Assembly: GCA_021770005.1 (NCBI GenBank)
Contig: JAETRV010000006.1
Location: 4,372-68,371 of the forward strand
DNA: 64,000 bases
Source of the DNA: Anaerotruncus sp.
GTDB lineage: Bacteria > Bacillota > Clostridia > Oscillospirales > Ruminococcaceae
Reading direction: 5' to 3'
The translations under genes were made by a program, and so were the position numbers. Each line of letters opens with the position of its first letter. The first letter of the stretch is position 1. Below are positions 9,355-18,852 of the stretch, piece after piece. The notes below the pieces were generated by a model. It was given only the letters and a program-made list of their open reading frames with translations, did not search any database and was not told where the DNA came from.

Positions 9355-10635
9355 TTACATCAACCCCAACAGGGATGGGACTGCGGTAGAAAGCGCGGGG
9401 ATATAGGTGAGCATCAGCAGCAGGACCGCGAGCGGGATCAACAGCCAGATTGCGGGCCGGAGCGCCTTCTCAAAGCTGACATTGCAGCATTTGCAGGTGG
9501 TGAACAGCGCTGGAGCCATCGGCGGGGTGGTGCCTCCGATCATGGTGGTGAGCACCAGTACGACGCCCAGATGTACCAGATCGAATCCCATCTCGAGCGA
9601 CAGGCTCATGATAAACGGGGTCATCAGGATCAGGATCGAGCTGCCGCCCATGAAGCAGCCCTCAAACAACAGGATCGCATCCAGCGCGAGCAGCACCAGG
9701 AATGGGTTGCTCAGGCTCATCATACCGTCCAGCAGTTTGCCCATCAGGCCACAGGTGGTAATCATATTGTTGAAAATCTGCCCGGCGCCCATCATAAACA
9801 GGACCATTGTGGTGGTGGTCACCGAGGAGCGCAGGGTCTCCCAGAGGTTTTTGAACGAGAACCGGCGGTAGATGAGCGAAAGCACGACCACATAGACCGA
9901 CGCCATGACGCCGCCCTCGGTAGCGGTGAACATCCCCCCGCTCATTCCGCCCAGCAGGAGCGCCGGCGCGCCCAATGCGGGCAGCGCTTTCACGCCGCTT
10001 TTCAGCGCGACCATCAGCGATTGCTTGGGGGTGGTTGGCGCGATTTCGGGGTTCCGCTTGGCCATGATGTAGCACATAATCATCAGGCTGATCCCCATCA
10101 GGACGCCCGGGAGGAACCCCGCCATAAACAGGGTCAGGATCGAAATCGAGGTCATCGACCCGTAGATCACGAAGCTGATGCTCGGCGGGATGATCGGCCC
10201 GATCCCGGCGCTGGTCGCGGTGACTGCGGCGGAAAAACCATCGTCATAGCCTGCGTCGGTCATCGCTTTGACCTCGATCGCGCCCAAGCCGCCCGCGTCC
10301 GCAATCGCGCTCCCGCTCATGCCCGCAAAGATCATCGACGCCAGCACGTTGGCGTGTGCCAGGCCGCCGGTCCGGTGCCCCACGAGGGCTTTCGCAAAGT
10401 CAAAGATGTCGTCCGAGAAACCGAGCAGGTTCATATAGGAGCCGACAAAGATAAAGGTCGGGATTGCCAGCATGGTAAAACCGGCCATCGCGTTGGACAT
10501 GGTATTCGCAAATAAGCTGAAGTTGGTGGCTGTCTCGAAGCAGTAGAGCGCGGTGGTGGTCATCATCGAGAACGAGATCGGCACATCCAGCAGCATCAGC
10601 ACCAGAAACAGAATCAGATAGATCCAGATGCTCAT
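9355..10635 (-). CDS. dctM: TRAP transporter large permease (DctM family)
   Basis: 426 aa, polytopic membrane protein. Its start overlaps the stop of the small-permease gene by 4 nt. Confidence 0.85.
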   Translation of the reverse strand: MSIWIYLILFLVLMLLDVPISFSMMTTTALYCFETATNFSLFANTMSNAMAGFTMLAIPTFIFVGSYMNLLGFSDDIFDFAKALVGHRTGGLAHANVLASMIFAGMSGSAIADAGGLGAIEVKAMTDAGYDDGFSAAVTATSAGIGPIIPPSISFVIYGSMTSISILTLFMAGFLPGVLMGISLMIMCYIMAKRNPEIAPTTPKQSLMVALKSGVKALPALGAPALLLGGMSGGMFTATEGGVMASVYVVVLSLIYRRFSFKNLWETLRSSVTTTTMVLFMMGAGQIFNNMITTCGLMGKLLDGMMSLSNPFLVLLALDAILLFEGCFMGGSSILILMTPFIMSLSLEMGFDLVHLGVVLVLTTMIGGTTPPMAPALFTTCKCCNVSFEKALRPAIWLLIPLAVLLLMLTYIPALSTAVPSLLGLM

Positions 10636-11168
10636 ATAATATCCCCTCCTTCTCTTGCCTTTTCATCCTGCACATAGATGCGGATGATCTGGCTCAGGCA
10701 GACCAACACGAGCAGAATGCCCATCACGATCATCGGAAGCGCGTAGTAGTAAACACGTCCAAACGGGAGCCCGCCCTGCGGGACCGCTTTGACCTGTACC
10801 CGGTAGAGCCGGAGCCCGCCCTCCACCATCAGCACGCTGACCATCCCGCCCAGCAGGTAGGCCAACGCATTGACCGCCTTTTTGACCTGTCCCGGCAGGA
10901 AGCGCAGGAAAAATTCCACCTGTGCGTGCCCGTTCTGACGGGTCACCACTACCGCGCCGAGCGCCGCAAACCAGACCATCGCGGCTGTGACCCCCTCCTC
11001 AATGCCAAAGATCGGCGATTTGAAAAGGGTGCGGCGGAAAATCTGAACCGCCAAAGCCGCCATCAGCAGCCCCAACAGGACGGCTGCAATCTTCCATGCA
11101 ATTTCTACCACCAGATCAATCAGGTCGCAGTAGCGCAGCAACAGCTTTTTGGTGTTCACTCGTATCAT
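10632..11168 (-). CDS. dctQ: TRAP transporter small permease (DctQ family)
   Basis: 178 aa with four predicted TM segments, immediately upstream of dctM. Confidence 0.75.
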   Translation of the reverse strand: MIRVNTKKLLLRYCDLIDLVVEIAWKIAAVLLGLLMAALAVQIFRRTLFKSPIFGIEEGVTAAMVWFAALGAVVVTRQNGHAQVEFFLRFLPGQVKKAVNALAYLLGGMVSVLMVEGGLRLYRVQVKAVPQGGLPFGRVYYYALPMIVMGILLVLVCLSQIIRIYVQDEKAREGGDII

Positions 11169-11254
11169 CTCCCTTTCGTTTTTATCGCAGTGAAAAATTA
11201 CATCAGCCTTTCTATCCGAACGAAAAGTTTCGCCAGCCTTTGGCCGCGCTCGAA

Positions 11255-11500
11255 CCCCTTAGAGCCTGTTCAAAATCTTTTGCAGGGGGGCTTTTTCACT
11301 TGCAAAAAGCCCCCTCTTGCCGCCAAAACGGCGGCAATTCACCCCAAAAAATGCGCTTCTCAGGATAAAATGTTCCGCCGCGTGTGCGCGGCGGCAGGGG
11401 CTCTGCCCCTTGACCTCGCGATTTTTTGACTGCCGCCGCAGCGGCGTGCACAGGCCAACCGATGCGAAGCATCGGCTCTTGGGCCGGAGCAAAAAATCGA
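11255..11500. repeat. GC-rich hairpin-module tract 2
   Basis: gggggcttttt...aaaaagccccc at 11286-11314; ttgccgcc-aaaa-cggcggcaa at 11317-11337; ccgccgcgtgtgcgcggcgg; ccgatgc-gaa-gcatcgg. Confidence 0.7.
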
Positions 11501-11527
11501 GTAAAACTTTAGATCTTGAATAGGCTC

Positions 11528-12385
11528 TTAGCCGCTTAGCCCGTTGGCTTTCAGCCATGCGACATTCTTGTTCAGCGCCTCGTCAGGGTTAAGCAGGTAA
11601 CGCTTGTCATTAATCTCGAACGACAGGATACCGGTATATCCATTGCGCCGGATCTCTTCCAGATAGCGCGCCATCGGGAAACTGCCATCCCCCAGAGCGA
11701 CATGCGCGCCCGGCCCATCGGTGAAATGGATGTGCCGCAGGTCGCTGCCCAGATTTTGGAAATATTCATCAACCGATTCGCCCATATAGTTCATCACGCC
11801 GATATCCATCATGCTTTTCAGGAATGGGGAGTTGACCTCCCGGATCATCCGCGCGGCATCCCGGCTGGTATTCACCAGATTGGCGGTAGTCGGGGTGAGC
11901 GGCTCGATGGTGATGACGACATGGTTCTCCTGTGCGGTATCCGCCAACTCCTCAAGGGATCTGCGGCTGTGCGTCCACGAGATCTCCTTGCTCTGGTTCT
12001 GGTATCCGAATCCGGGGGAAACCAGCATGGTTTCGCAGCCCATCTTTCCAGCAATCCGCAACGCCTTTTTCAGCATCCGGACCGTCCGGCGGCGCACCGG
12101 CTCCTCGTCAATCGCAATGTTCATCGGGTAGGCGCCCTGTGCCGGGCAAAAGCTGGACAGCTTTAATCCCCGCTTCTGGCATTCATAGATCACCTGTTCG
12201 ACTAACAGGTCGTCCACATCGTCCAGAAAAAAATGGGGCATCGCGCCGAAGAGTTCAAGCTCCCGAAATCCGAAGCGTTTTGCCGCATCCAGAAAATAGG
12301 TTAGCGGGAATTTGATATAATGGCAGTTCATCACCGCCAGGCGGAATGGGGATTCCACCGGGATATACCGCGTTTGTCCGCTCAT
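11528..12385 (-). CDS. sugar phosphate isomerase/epimerase-like TIM-barrel protein (xylose isomerase-like fold)
   Basis: 285 aa. The pattern ...FGFRELELFGAMPHFF...ITIEPL...IHFTDG... is typical of the AP_endonuc_2/IolE-like family. Confidence 0.7.
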   Translation of the reverse strand: MSGQTRYIPVESPFRLAVMNCHYIKFPLTYFLDAAKRFGFRELELFGAMPHFFLDDVDDLLVEQVIYECQKRGLKLSSFCPAQGAYPMNIAIDEEPVRRRTVRMLKKALRIAGKMGCETMLVSPGFGYQNQSKEISWTHSRRSLEELADTAQENHVVITIEPLTPTTANLVNTSRDAARMIREVNSPFLKSMMDIGVMNYMGESVDEYFQNLGSDLRHIHFTDGPGAHVALGDGSFPMARYLEEIRRNGYTGILSFEINDKRYLLNPDEALNKNVAWLKANGLSG

Positions 12386-12409
12386 GCGTAACCTCCTCCT
12401 ATTGGCCCG

Positions 12410-13165
12410 TCAGCTCCGGGGATAGCTGACCAGATAATCCTTCTCCTGCACATAGTGTTCAAACCAGATGTAGTGGATATTCTTGCCCGGTTTACATTGG
12501 AGCGAGTGGTCCAGCCCTGCCGGTACATAGCTGAAATCCCCGCTCTCCTGCTCCACCGTTTCCCCGTTCACCGTCAGGAGCATCTCGGTGTCCCCGAACG
12601 GGACGTTCCACTGGGCAACCGCCGGGTGTCCCTTTTCGAAGCAGCCTTCGGGCTGGGTGCTGTGCTCCGCAGACGCCTCGCCTACCCCCATCAGGACCCG
12701 GCAGAGCCGCTTGGTTGGGATGACCGAAAAGCTCCGGGAACTTGCGGACTTGCAGTCCTGGCAGTACTCCACACACTGGGATAGGCCCTTGAAGAACGGC
12801 AGCTTCATATGAAAAGCGTGGAACCGTTCGACATCCGCGGGCTTCTGCTCCACGACAAACATCGTGTAGGTCATATCGGTTGCCGCGTGAAAGGTAAAAT
12901 GGGAATCCGGGTCAGCGACATAGAACGAAACCTCATCAATACAATACGCCCGCTCCGGAGTGATGATCGCACCTTTGCCATCGGTCAGGCAGAACACCTG
13001 CAAGGTATTTTCGATCATCTCCGGGCTGACCTGACAGCCCGCATCCAGCTTGCATCGGTAGGCGCGTACCCCGCCCGGATAGCTGCCTGCCAGCAGTTCG
13101 GTCTGGCCAAACCCCTGTTTCATCTCCAGATGGATATCGGCCTTTTTCACATATGAAATTGCCAT
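12410..13165 (-). CDS. cupin-fold protein of unknown function (paralog C)
   Basis: ORF 12410..13180 trimmed to ATG 13165 (GGAGGGAAAGAAA upstream). C-terminal motif GDFSYVPAGLDHSL is cupin-like. First gene of the TRAP/Hyu operon. Confidence 0.6.
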   Translation of the reverse strand: MAISYVKKADIHLEMKQGFGQTELLAGSYPGGVRAYRCKLDAGCQVSPEMIENTLQVFCLTDGKGAIITPERAYCIDEVSFYVADPDSHFTFHAATDMTYTMFVVEQKPADVERFHAFHMKLPFFKGLSQCVEYCQDCKSASSRSFSVIPTKRLCRVLMGVGEASAEHSTQPEGCFEKGHPAVAQWNVPFGDTEMLLTVNGETVEQESGDFSYVPAGLDHSLQCKPGKNIHYIWFEHYVQEKDYLVSYPRS

Positions 13166-13404
13166 TTTCTTTCCCTCCATTGCCAGTTTCTATTGTGAAG
13201 TGTGCGGATTCTGTTGCGTCCACCTCCGGTTTTGTTATCTTCATTGTAGCATGGAACGAATCAGAATAAAAATACTGTTTTTTCTCATTAAATAACGAAA
13301 ATATTGAGACCTTTTTTATCCAGATGTTCCTTTGCAAGATTAGATGCGGTTTTTCATGTCCAGCCTCCTGCTATAATTTCCAAAAAACTGGTGTTTTTAG
13401 AACG

Positions 13405-13438
13405 CAAAAAACCCCTCGAAACCCAAGGTTTCGAGGGG
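13405..13438 (-). terminator. intrinsic terminator after tRNA-Thr
   Basis: 11-bp stem cccctcgaaac/gtttcgagggg, followed on the minus strand by UUUUUUGCG. Confidence 0.8.
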
Positions 13439-13439
13439 T

Positions 13440-13515
13440 TGGAGCTAGTGACCTGGCTCGAACAGGCGACCTGCGCATTACGAATGCGCTGCACTACCGA
13501 CTGTGCTACACTAGC
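13440..13515 (-). tRNA. tRNA-Thr(CGU): tRNA-Thr (anticodon CGU), CCA encoded
   Basis: Manual cloverleaf of GCTAGTG-TA-GCAC-AGTCGGTA-GTGC-A-GCGCA-TTCGTAA-TGCGC-AGGTC-GCCTG-TTCGAGC-CAGGT-CACTAGC-T-CCA (76 nt). Confidence 0.9.
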
Positions 13516-13530
13516 AAAGGACGCTTATTT

Positions 13531-13559
13531 AGTATAGCAGTTTCGCTGCCGGACGTCAA
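13531..13559 (-). promoter_or_regulatory. sigma-70-type promoter of tRNA-Thr
   Basis: On the minus strand: TTGACG (13559-13554), 17-nt spacer, TATACT (13536-13531). The -10 ends about 15 nt before the tRNA 5' end. Confidence 0.6.
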
Positions 13560-13773
13560 TATCTTTTCGGCAAAATTCTCCCCCAGCCGGAAAAAACGCC
13601 CTTCCTTTCACACCTCTTTTTTGTTTCCCTCCAAAATTTCACAAAATTATGTCGATTCCTATTGACGGGCAGGGGGATACGCTATAAAATAGGCTTTATG
13701 ACCAAACGGTTTCAAACTTCTATATGGTTTTGAAGCCACTTTTGTCCTATCAAATCCTTATGGAGGTAGCGCT

Positions 13774-14565
13774 ATGCTGCTCGCAATCGACATCGGCAAC
13801 ACCAATATGGAATTTGGAGTCTTCAGCGGGAACGAGATCATTGCTTCGTTCCGCCTGGTCACCAACCGCGACATTACTTCGGATGAGATTGGGCTGTTCA
13901 CCAGCCAGTTTTTTCAGGAGAACAGCCTCGACCGCCGGGACATCAGCGACATTGTCATCGCTTCGGTCGTGCCGCAGGTGATGTACTCGATCACCAACGC
14001 GGTCAAAAAATACTTTTATAATAAGGTACCGCTGATCGTGGGGGATAATCTTCCGTTTGATATTGTAAACTGTTACGACAATCCGCGGGATGTGGGCGCC
14101 GACCGGCTGGTCGCCGCGATTGCTGCACATAAAAAGTATGGCGGGCCGTTGATCGTGGTTGATTTCGGTACCGCTACCACCTTTGACGCAATCGGCCCAG
14201 CAGGGGAATACCTCGGCGGCGCAATCTACCCGGGCATCAAGATTTCGATGGACGCGCTCTTCACCAAAGCGGCCAAGCTCCCGCGGGTTGAACTGGTGCG
14301 CCCCGCATCGGTGATCGGACGCAACACCGTCACCAGCTTGCAGTCCGGGGCGGTCAATGGATATGTCGGCGCGGTCTGCAACATTGTCAGTCTGATGAAA
14401 CGTGAGATGGGCGGCGATGTGCGGGTCGTCGCCACCGGCGGCCTTGCCAAACTGGTTGGGGACGAGACCGATATCTTCCTCGCGATTGACCGCTCACTCA
14501 TGCTTGACGGGCTCTACCTCCTCTATGAATCCTACCAGAAAAAACAGGCGCAGACCACCCTTTGA
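13774..14565 (+). CDS. coaX: type III pantothenate kinase
   Basis: 263 aa. MLLAIDIGNTNMEFGVF...VVDFGTATTFD...GGLA is the CoaX/ASKHA signature. Confidence 0.85.
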   Translation: MLLAIDIGNTNMEFGVFSGNEIIASFRLVTNRDITSDEIGLFTSQFFQENSLDRRDISDIVIASVVPQVMYSITNAVKKYFYNKVPLIVGDNLPFDIVNCYDNPRDVGADRLVAAIAAHKKYGGPLIVVDFGTATTFDAIGPAGEYLGGAIYPGIKISMDALFTKAAKLPRVELVRPASVIGRNTVTSLQSGAVNGYVGAVCNIVSLMKREMGGDVRVVATGGLAKLVGDETDIFLAIDRSLMLDGLYLLYESYQKKQAQTTL

Positions 14566-14569
14566 GAAT

Positions 14570-15050
14570 CTGCTGCTCTTTTCAGAGCGCATGTGTTGCG
14601 GGGAGCCCGCCCCCATGCAGCGGTCCTTTTTGTGCAGCTGCGCAGCACGTTGCCTTTTTTAATTTTAATAAGAGTGCCGCCTTTCCGGCGGCAGGAGATG
14701 CCCGGTCCCGTCCGGGCAGACGGCTTGTTTTTTGCCTGTGCAAAAAGCAAGAGAAAAAGCACACATAAGCGGGGTTCCACCCCTCTTATGGAGCTCCCCG
14801 GAAAGGCGCCCGACCCAAGCCAGGCGGAAACGACGCGCATGTCAGCGCTCGTCTCGACCTGTTTTTTGGGACAGACAAGCCTTGTCCACTCGACCCGGGC
14901 TAGAAGCAAAACGCCTCCACGTGGCTGCTCGATCGAATGGGACACCCGGCCCGGAGGGGGAGTTCTTACAAGAGGGAGGCGCTGCTGCCCCTCTTGTGGG
15001 GTGCGCCGAGCGGCTGTCCCTTTGCCCATCAACCATCTATCATTGATGGG
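14570..15050. repeat. GC-rich hairpin-module tract 3
   Basis: gccgcc-tttc-cggcggc; tgcccgg-tcccg-tccgggca; cttgttttttgc-ctgt-gcaaaaagcaag at 14724-14751. Unit 14956-15001 matches 7935-7979. Confidence 0.75.
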
Positions 15051-15081
15051 TATTTTAAAAATTTTTTTAAATTTAGGCAGC

Positions 15082-15112
15082 AAAAAAGCGGTTGCTGGCA
15101 CAACCGCTTTTT
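15082..15112. terminator. bidirectional intrinsic terminator
   Basis: Stem agcggttg/caaccgct (15087-15094/15101-15108), flanked by an A-run on the left and a T-run on the right. Confidence 0.65.
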
Positions 15113-15250
15113 ATTGTGTTGAGTGTTGCAAGGCTGATCAGACCCTACGATTTTGAAACTGATTTTTCAGGAGGGTTTCAGGCCGTTTACCGTAGCCCTT
15201 AACCTTGGTTATATTATATCCTGTCACGCTTCTGAAATCCTCCTTTTTCG

Positions 15251-15309
15251 GTTACAAAGTGGTTACAAAACGGTAACAGATGCGGGCCAAAAATAACAAA
15301 CCGGTAACA
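15251..15309. promoter_or_regulatory. phased hexamer boxes (GTTACA / TGTAAC), candidate OmpR/WalR-type response-regulator site
   Basis: GTTACA at 15251 and 15262, GTAACA at 15273 (exact 11-bp phasing); ATAACA at 15293 and GTAACA at 15304 (11 bp apart). On the other strand these read TGTAAC-N5-TGTAAC-N5-TGTTAC. Confidence 0.4.
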
Positions 15310-15340
15310 AGCCATCCGCGTGGGATTCTCCTGGCCTTTT

Positions 15341-15679
15341 TCAGCTGATATAATCCTCAATCAGAGCGGTGAGCTTCTGGTAATCCTCCACCCGGACCCC
15401 CCGTTCCAGCTCCTTCTGGTCATATTCAGGGAGTGACTGCACATAAACATCAAACACAAGATCCGGCTCAACCAGATCATCTGTAAAGACTGCGAGCTTG
15501 CCATCATAAGCACGCAACAGATAAGGATAACCGGAAGTATCCTTACGGGCGGGGGGCTGCGGCTCACTGGAAGCCACCAGCTCGGGCGGAGCCTCCACCG
15601 GGGACGAATGTGCTGCCGCAATCGTGATGATCGAAACCAACACCACTCCGATTAAGGTCAATAATATCGCATTTCTCAT
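15341..15679 (-). CDS. membrane-anchored hypothetical protein
   Basis: ORF 15341..15748 trimmed to ATG 15679 (GAGGTG upstream). MRNAILLTLIGVVLVSIITIAAA is a signal anchor, followed by a small soluble domain. Confidence 0.55.
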   Translation of the reverse strand: MRNAILLTLIGVVLVSIITIAAAHSSPVEAPPELVASSEPQPPARKDTSGYPYLLRAYDGKLAVFTDDLVEPDLVFDVYVQSLPEYDQKELERGVRVEDYQKLTALIEDYIS

Positions 15680-15931
15680 TCGGAAACACCTCAATCTATT
15701 TTTGAAACTGGGTTTAAACAGTAAGGCCACAAGCCGCTCCAGGGGCATAGCGGCTGACCCTATTTTTGACGGGGTTTGGATGAAATATACAGTCTGGCAA
15801 CTTTTCCATTATAATATAGAAGCTTCCTCGAAATTTCGTTTAAAAAATGGTAACACTTTATCACGGAAGTGTGCTATACTATAATGGTTGTTAAGACCCC
15901 ATCCTTTTGGACAGGAGGAGATTCCCTACCG

Positions 15932-18205
15932 ATGAGTGCTCATAAGAAACGACGTTCGGCCGGCAGCATGATCGCGGCAGCGTTCGGAAACTTTTTCCGG
16001 TTTATCGCTGCGTTGATTATGGTCATGATTATTACCGGCTGTATTGTCGCATCGGTACTAACCGTCTACATCCTGCGCTATATCAACGCAGATGAACAGA
16101 TCACGTTGGACGATGTGACAATGAAATACACCTCTATTATTTATGCGGGTGACGAGGTCGATCCAGAGACCGGCCTGCCTAAAGAACTGCAACAGCTCCA
16201 AACCGCAGAAAACCGCATCCCGATCAAAGACTACTCGGAAATCCCCAAGCATATGGTGGATGCACTGGTTTCAATCGAGGATAAGCGGTTTTGGGAACAC
16301 CACGGTGTGGACTGGAAACGTACGGTTGGTGCGGCCGTCAACCTATTTATCCCCTCGCGGGCCTCGTTCGGTGGTTCGTCCATTACCCAGCAGCTGATTA
16401 AGAACATCACCGGTGACGACGATTACCGGATCGAACGCAAGGTGCAGGAGATTTTCCGCGCCCTCAAGCTCGAACAGCACTACTCCAAGGAGCAGATTGT
16501 CACCGCCTACCTGAATGTGGTATTCTTTTCCAACCACGCCTATGGCGCGAAAGCTGCGGCAAACACCTATTTCGCGAAGGACCTTTCCGATCTTTCGCTC
16601 GCCGAGTGTGCGTCGATCATCGCAATTACCAACTACCCTACCTATTATAATCCGCTGCTCTATCCGGAACACAACAAGGAACGTCAGGAGTTCATCCTGT
16701 GGGAGATGCTCGACCAAGGGCGGATCACCCAAAAAGAGTATGAGGATGCGATCAATGAAGAGCTGGTGTTCCATACCGAGGTCGCACAGGCGCAGGTCTC
16801 GCCGGTCTACAGCTATTTTGTGGACCACGTGATCGAAGAGGTCATCGATGACCTGATGGACGAATATGGCTACACCTATGAAACCGCCCAGCAGATGGTC
16901 AACGGCGGCGGCCTGCGCATCTATACCACCATTGATACCCAGATGCAGGATTGGGTGACCCAGTATTATAGCGATGTCGCCAATTTCCCCGCAGTCGGAA
17001 ACGCGACCTACCCACAGTCGGCCTGCGTGATTACCGATCCAAATGGCAAGGTGCTTGCCATGGCGGGCGGGATCGGCGAGAAGAAAGGGATGCGTGAATT
17101 CAACCGCGCAACCGGCATGACCCGTCAATGTGGATCTTCGATCAAACCGATCGCCGCCTATCTCCAGGCAATCGAAAACGACATTGTCACCTGGTCCACC
17201 AAGCTGGACGACACCCCGGTAAAATCCAGCGCGAAAGCGGCGGGCGGCGAGGAGGAAAATGACGAGGAAAGCCTGAAAAATCTGGTTGGCTGGCCGGTCA
17301 ACCACTACCGCACCTACCTCGGCCCGATTACGATCGACGAGGCGATCCAGCGCTCTACCAATACCATCCCGGTCAAGCTGGTAGAGCTGGTCACCCCGCG
17401 CAAGGTGTTCGATTTCCTGCACGACAAGCTTGGAATGGAAACACTCGTGGACCGGTATGTCTCGAACGGCGTGGTCTTTTCGGATGTTGACCTCTTCCCA
17501 ATGGCGCTCGGCGGTCTGACCAACGGCGTTTCTCCGCTGGAAATGGCGGGCGCTTATCAGATTTTCGCCAATGGCGGCTATTTCACCAAACCATACTCCT
17601 ATACCCGGGTGCTCGATGCGACCGGCGACCTCATCCTTGAGAAGGACACCACCCCACGCCGGGTGATCTCGGAGGAAACCGCGACCATCATCAACAAACT
17701 GATGCAGCGGGTCACCGGAGGCCCTTACGGTACCGGTACCACCGCCCGCTTCCAGCAGGTGCAGGGAATCCCGGTCGCGGGCAAGACCGGCACCACCGAT
17801 GACGACCGCGACCAGTGGTTCATGGGGATCACTCCATACTATGTCACAGCGGTCTGGCTCGGCTTTGATACACCCGAGCGGATCACCTACTACAGCTATC
17901 CGCCACCGATCATCTACCGCCAACTGATGGAACCGCTCCATCAGAACCTCGAACCAAAGGATTTCCCGGTTTCAGACCTGGTTGAGGAAAAGACCTACTG
18001 TGTCGAGAGCGGCGGTATTGCAGGGGGCGAATGCAGCACTGTTGCGACCGGCTGGTATAAAAAATCCTATGATGGCGGGCCTTGCAATGCGATGCATGGG
18101 AGCAGTTCGATCAATCTGGATGATGACGACCGTTCTTCCACCGTCAAACGCCCCAACCGGCGCAAAACCCAGAGCGGCCTCACCATCATTGATAATGATG
18201 ACTAA
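15932..18205 (+). CDS. class A penicillin-binding protein (glycosyltransferase GT51 + transpeptidase)
   Basis: ORF 15869..18205 trimmed to ATG 15932 (AGGAGGAG upstream). Motifs: EDKRFWEHHGVDW, GGSSITQQLIKN, SSIKP, KTGTTD. Confidence 0.9.
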   Translation: MSAHKKRRSAGSMIAAAFGNFFRFIAALIMVMIITGCIVASVLTVYILRYINADEQITLDDVTMKYTSIIYAGDEVDPETGLPKELQQLQTAENRIPIKDYSEIPKHMVDALVSIEDKRFWEHHGVDWKRTVGAAVNLFIPSRASFGGSSITQQLIKNITGDDDYRIERKVQEIFRALKLEQHYSKEQIVTAYLNVVFFSNHAYGAKAAANTYFAKDLSDLSLAECASIIAITNYPTYYNPLLYPEHNKERQEFILWEMLDQGRITQKEYEDAINEELVFHTEVAQAQVSPVYSYFVDHVIEEVIDDLMDEYGYTYETAQQMVNGGGLRIYTTIDTQMQDWVTQYYSDVANFPAVGNATYPQSACVITDPNGKVLAMAGGIGEKKGMREFNRATGMTRQCGSSIKPIAAYLQAIENDIVTWSTKLDDTPVKSSAKAAGGEEENDEESLKNLVGWPVNHYRTYLGPITIDEAIQRSTNTIPVKLVELVTPRKVFDFLHDKLGMETLVDRYVSNGVVFSDVDLFPMALGGLTNGVSPLEMAGAYQIFANGGYFTKPYSYTRVLDATGDLILEKDTTPRRVISEETATIINKLMQRVTGGPYGTGTTARFQQVQGIPVAGKTGTTDDDRDQWFMGITPYYVTAVWLGFDTPERITYYSYPPPIIYRQLMEPLHQNLEPKDFPVSDLVEEKTYCVESGGIAGGECSTVATGWYKKSYDGGPCNAMHGSSSINLDDDDRSSTVKRPNRRKTQSGLTIIDNDD

Positions 18206-18211
18206 CAACAC

Positions 18212-18261
18212 AAAAGGATACGCCGTACAGATGCATTTCCATCTGTACGGCGTATCCTTTT
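18212..18261 (+). terminator. long stem-loop terminator after the PBP gene
   Basis: 22-bp perfect stem aaaaggatacgccgtacagatg / catctgtacggcgtatcctttt. Confidence 0.65.
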
Positions 18262-18284
18262 GTGCCTCTCTAATAATACATTTG

Positions 18285-18835
18285 TCCAAGCCCCCCCTCT
18301 TGTGGAAACCCCTCTCTGGCAGCGCGCTCGTTTGATCCCAGAGCAAAACAACGCGCTTCGCTTAGGGTATGCCGCCGAGCGGCATGGGGATGCGGGGAGT
18401 CCGCCCCCGCGCGGCGGATTGCTTTTCGGATGCACGAAAAGCAATCAAAAGTGCACGTAAGGGGAGAGCCCCTTACGTATCCCCCAAGCCCCCAGACGAA
18501 GCGCTCATGCTCAAGGCTGACTTGCACCATTGGATGCCCCCAAGCGTCCAAAGATAGATAGAACGGACAAAGCACCCAGCCCGGAAGGGTGAGGACTCCC
18601 CCGGCAAGCTGGGTGGGGAAGCAGGGCGCCAAAGCTTGTCGGGGTGGGGCCTACGGGGAGGGGTCGCCGACCCCTAGCCCGTAAGACAGCCCGCAAGGGG
18701 CGTCGCGCGAAGCGCGCTTCGGCGTTAGCCGAGAAGCCCCGAGGAAGGCGCCTTGCGCCTGAAAGTTTGGTCAGGGGCCAAACTTTCGCTGTCAAAAAGT
18801 GCCCGCACCTGTGGAGGCAGGCGCGGGCATCTAGT
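18285..18835. repeat. GC-rich hairpin-module tract 4
   Basis: ttgcttttcg-gatgca-cgaaaagcaa at 18419-18444; gtaagggg-agag-ccccttac. 18586-18800 is an inverted, diverged copy of 7735-7950. Confidence 0.75.
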
Positions 18836-18852
18836 GCAACTTGATATAGGAG

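Noticed and set aside
14570-15050. Possibility that the GC-rich repeat tracts are CRISPR arrays.
   Set aside because: There is no constant-length direct repeat alternating with unique spacers. The units are heterogeneous hairpins in mixed orientation, and no cas genes are present.
15200-15225. AT-rich ggttatattatatcc as a Xer dif site.
   Set aside because: It does not match the XerC/XerD arm consensus (no TTATGT(T/A)AA(A/C)T arm).
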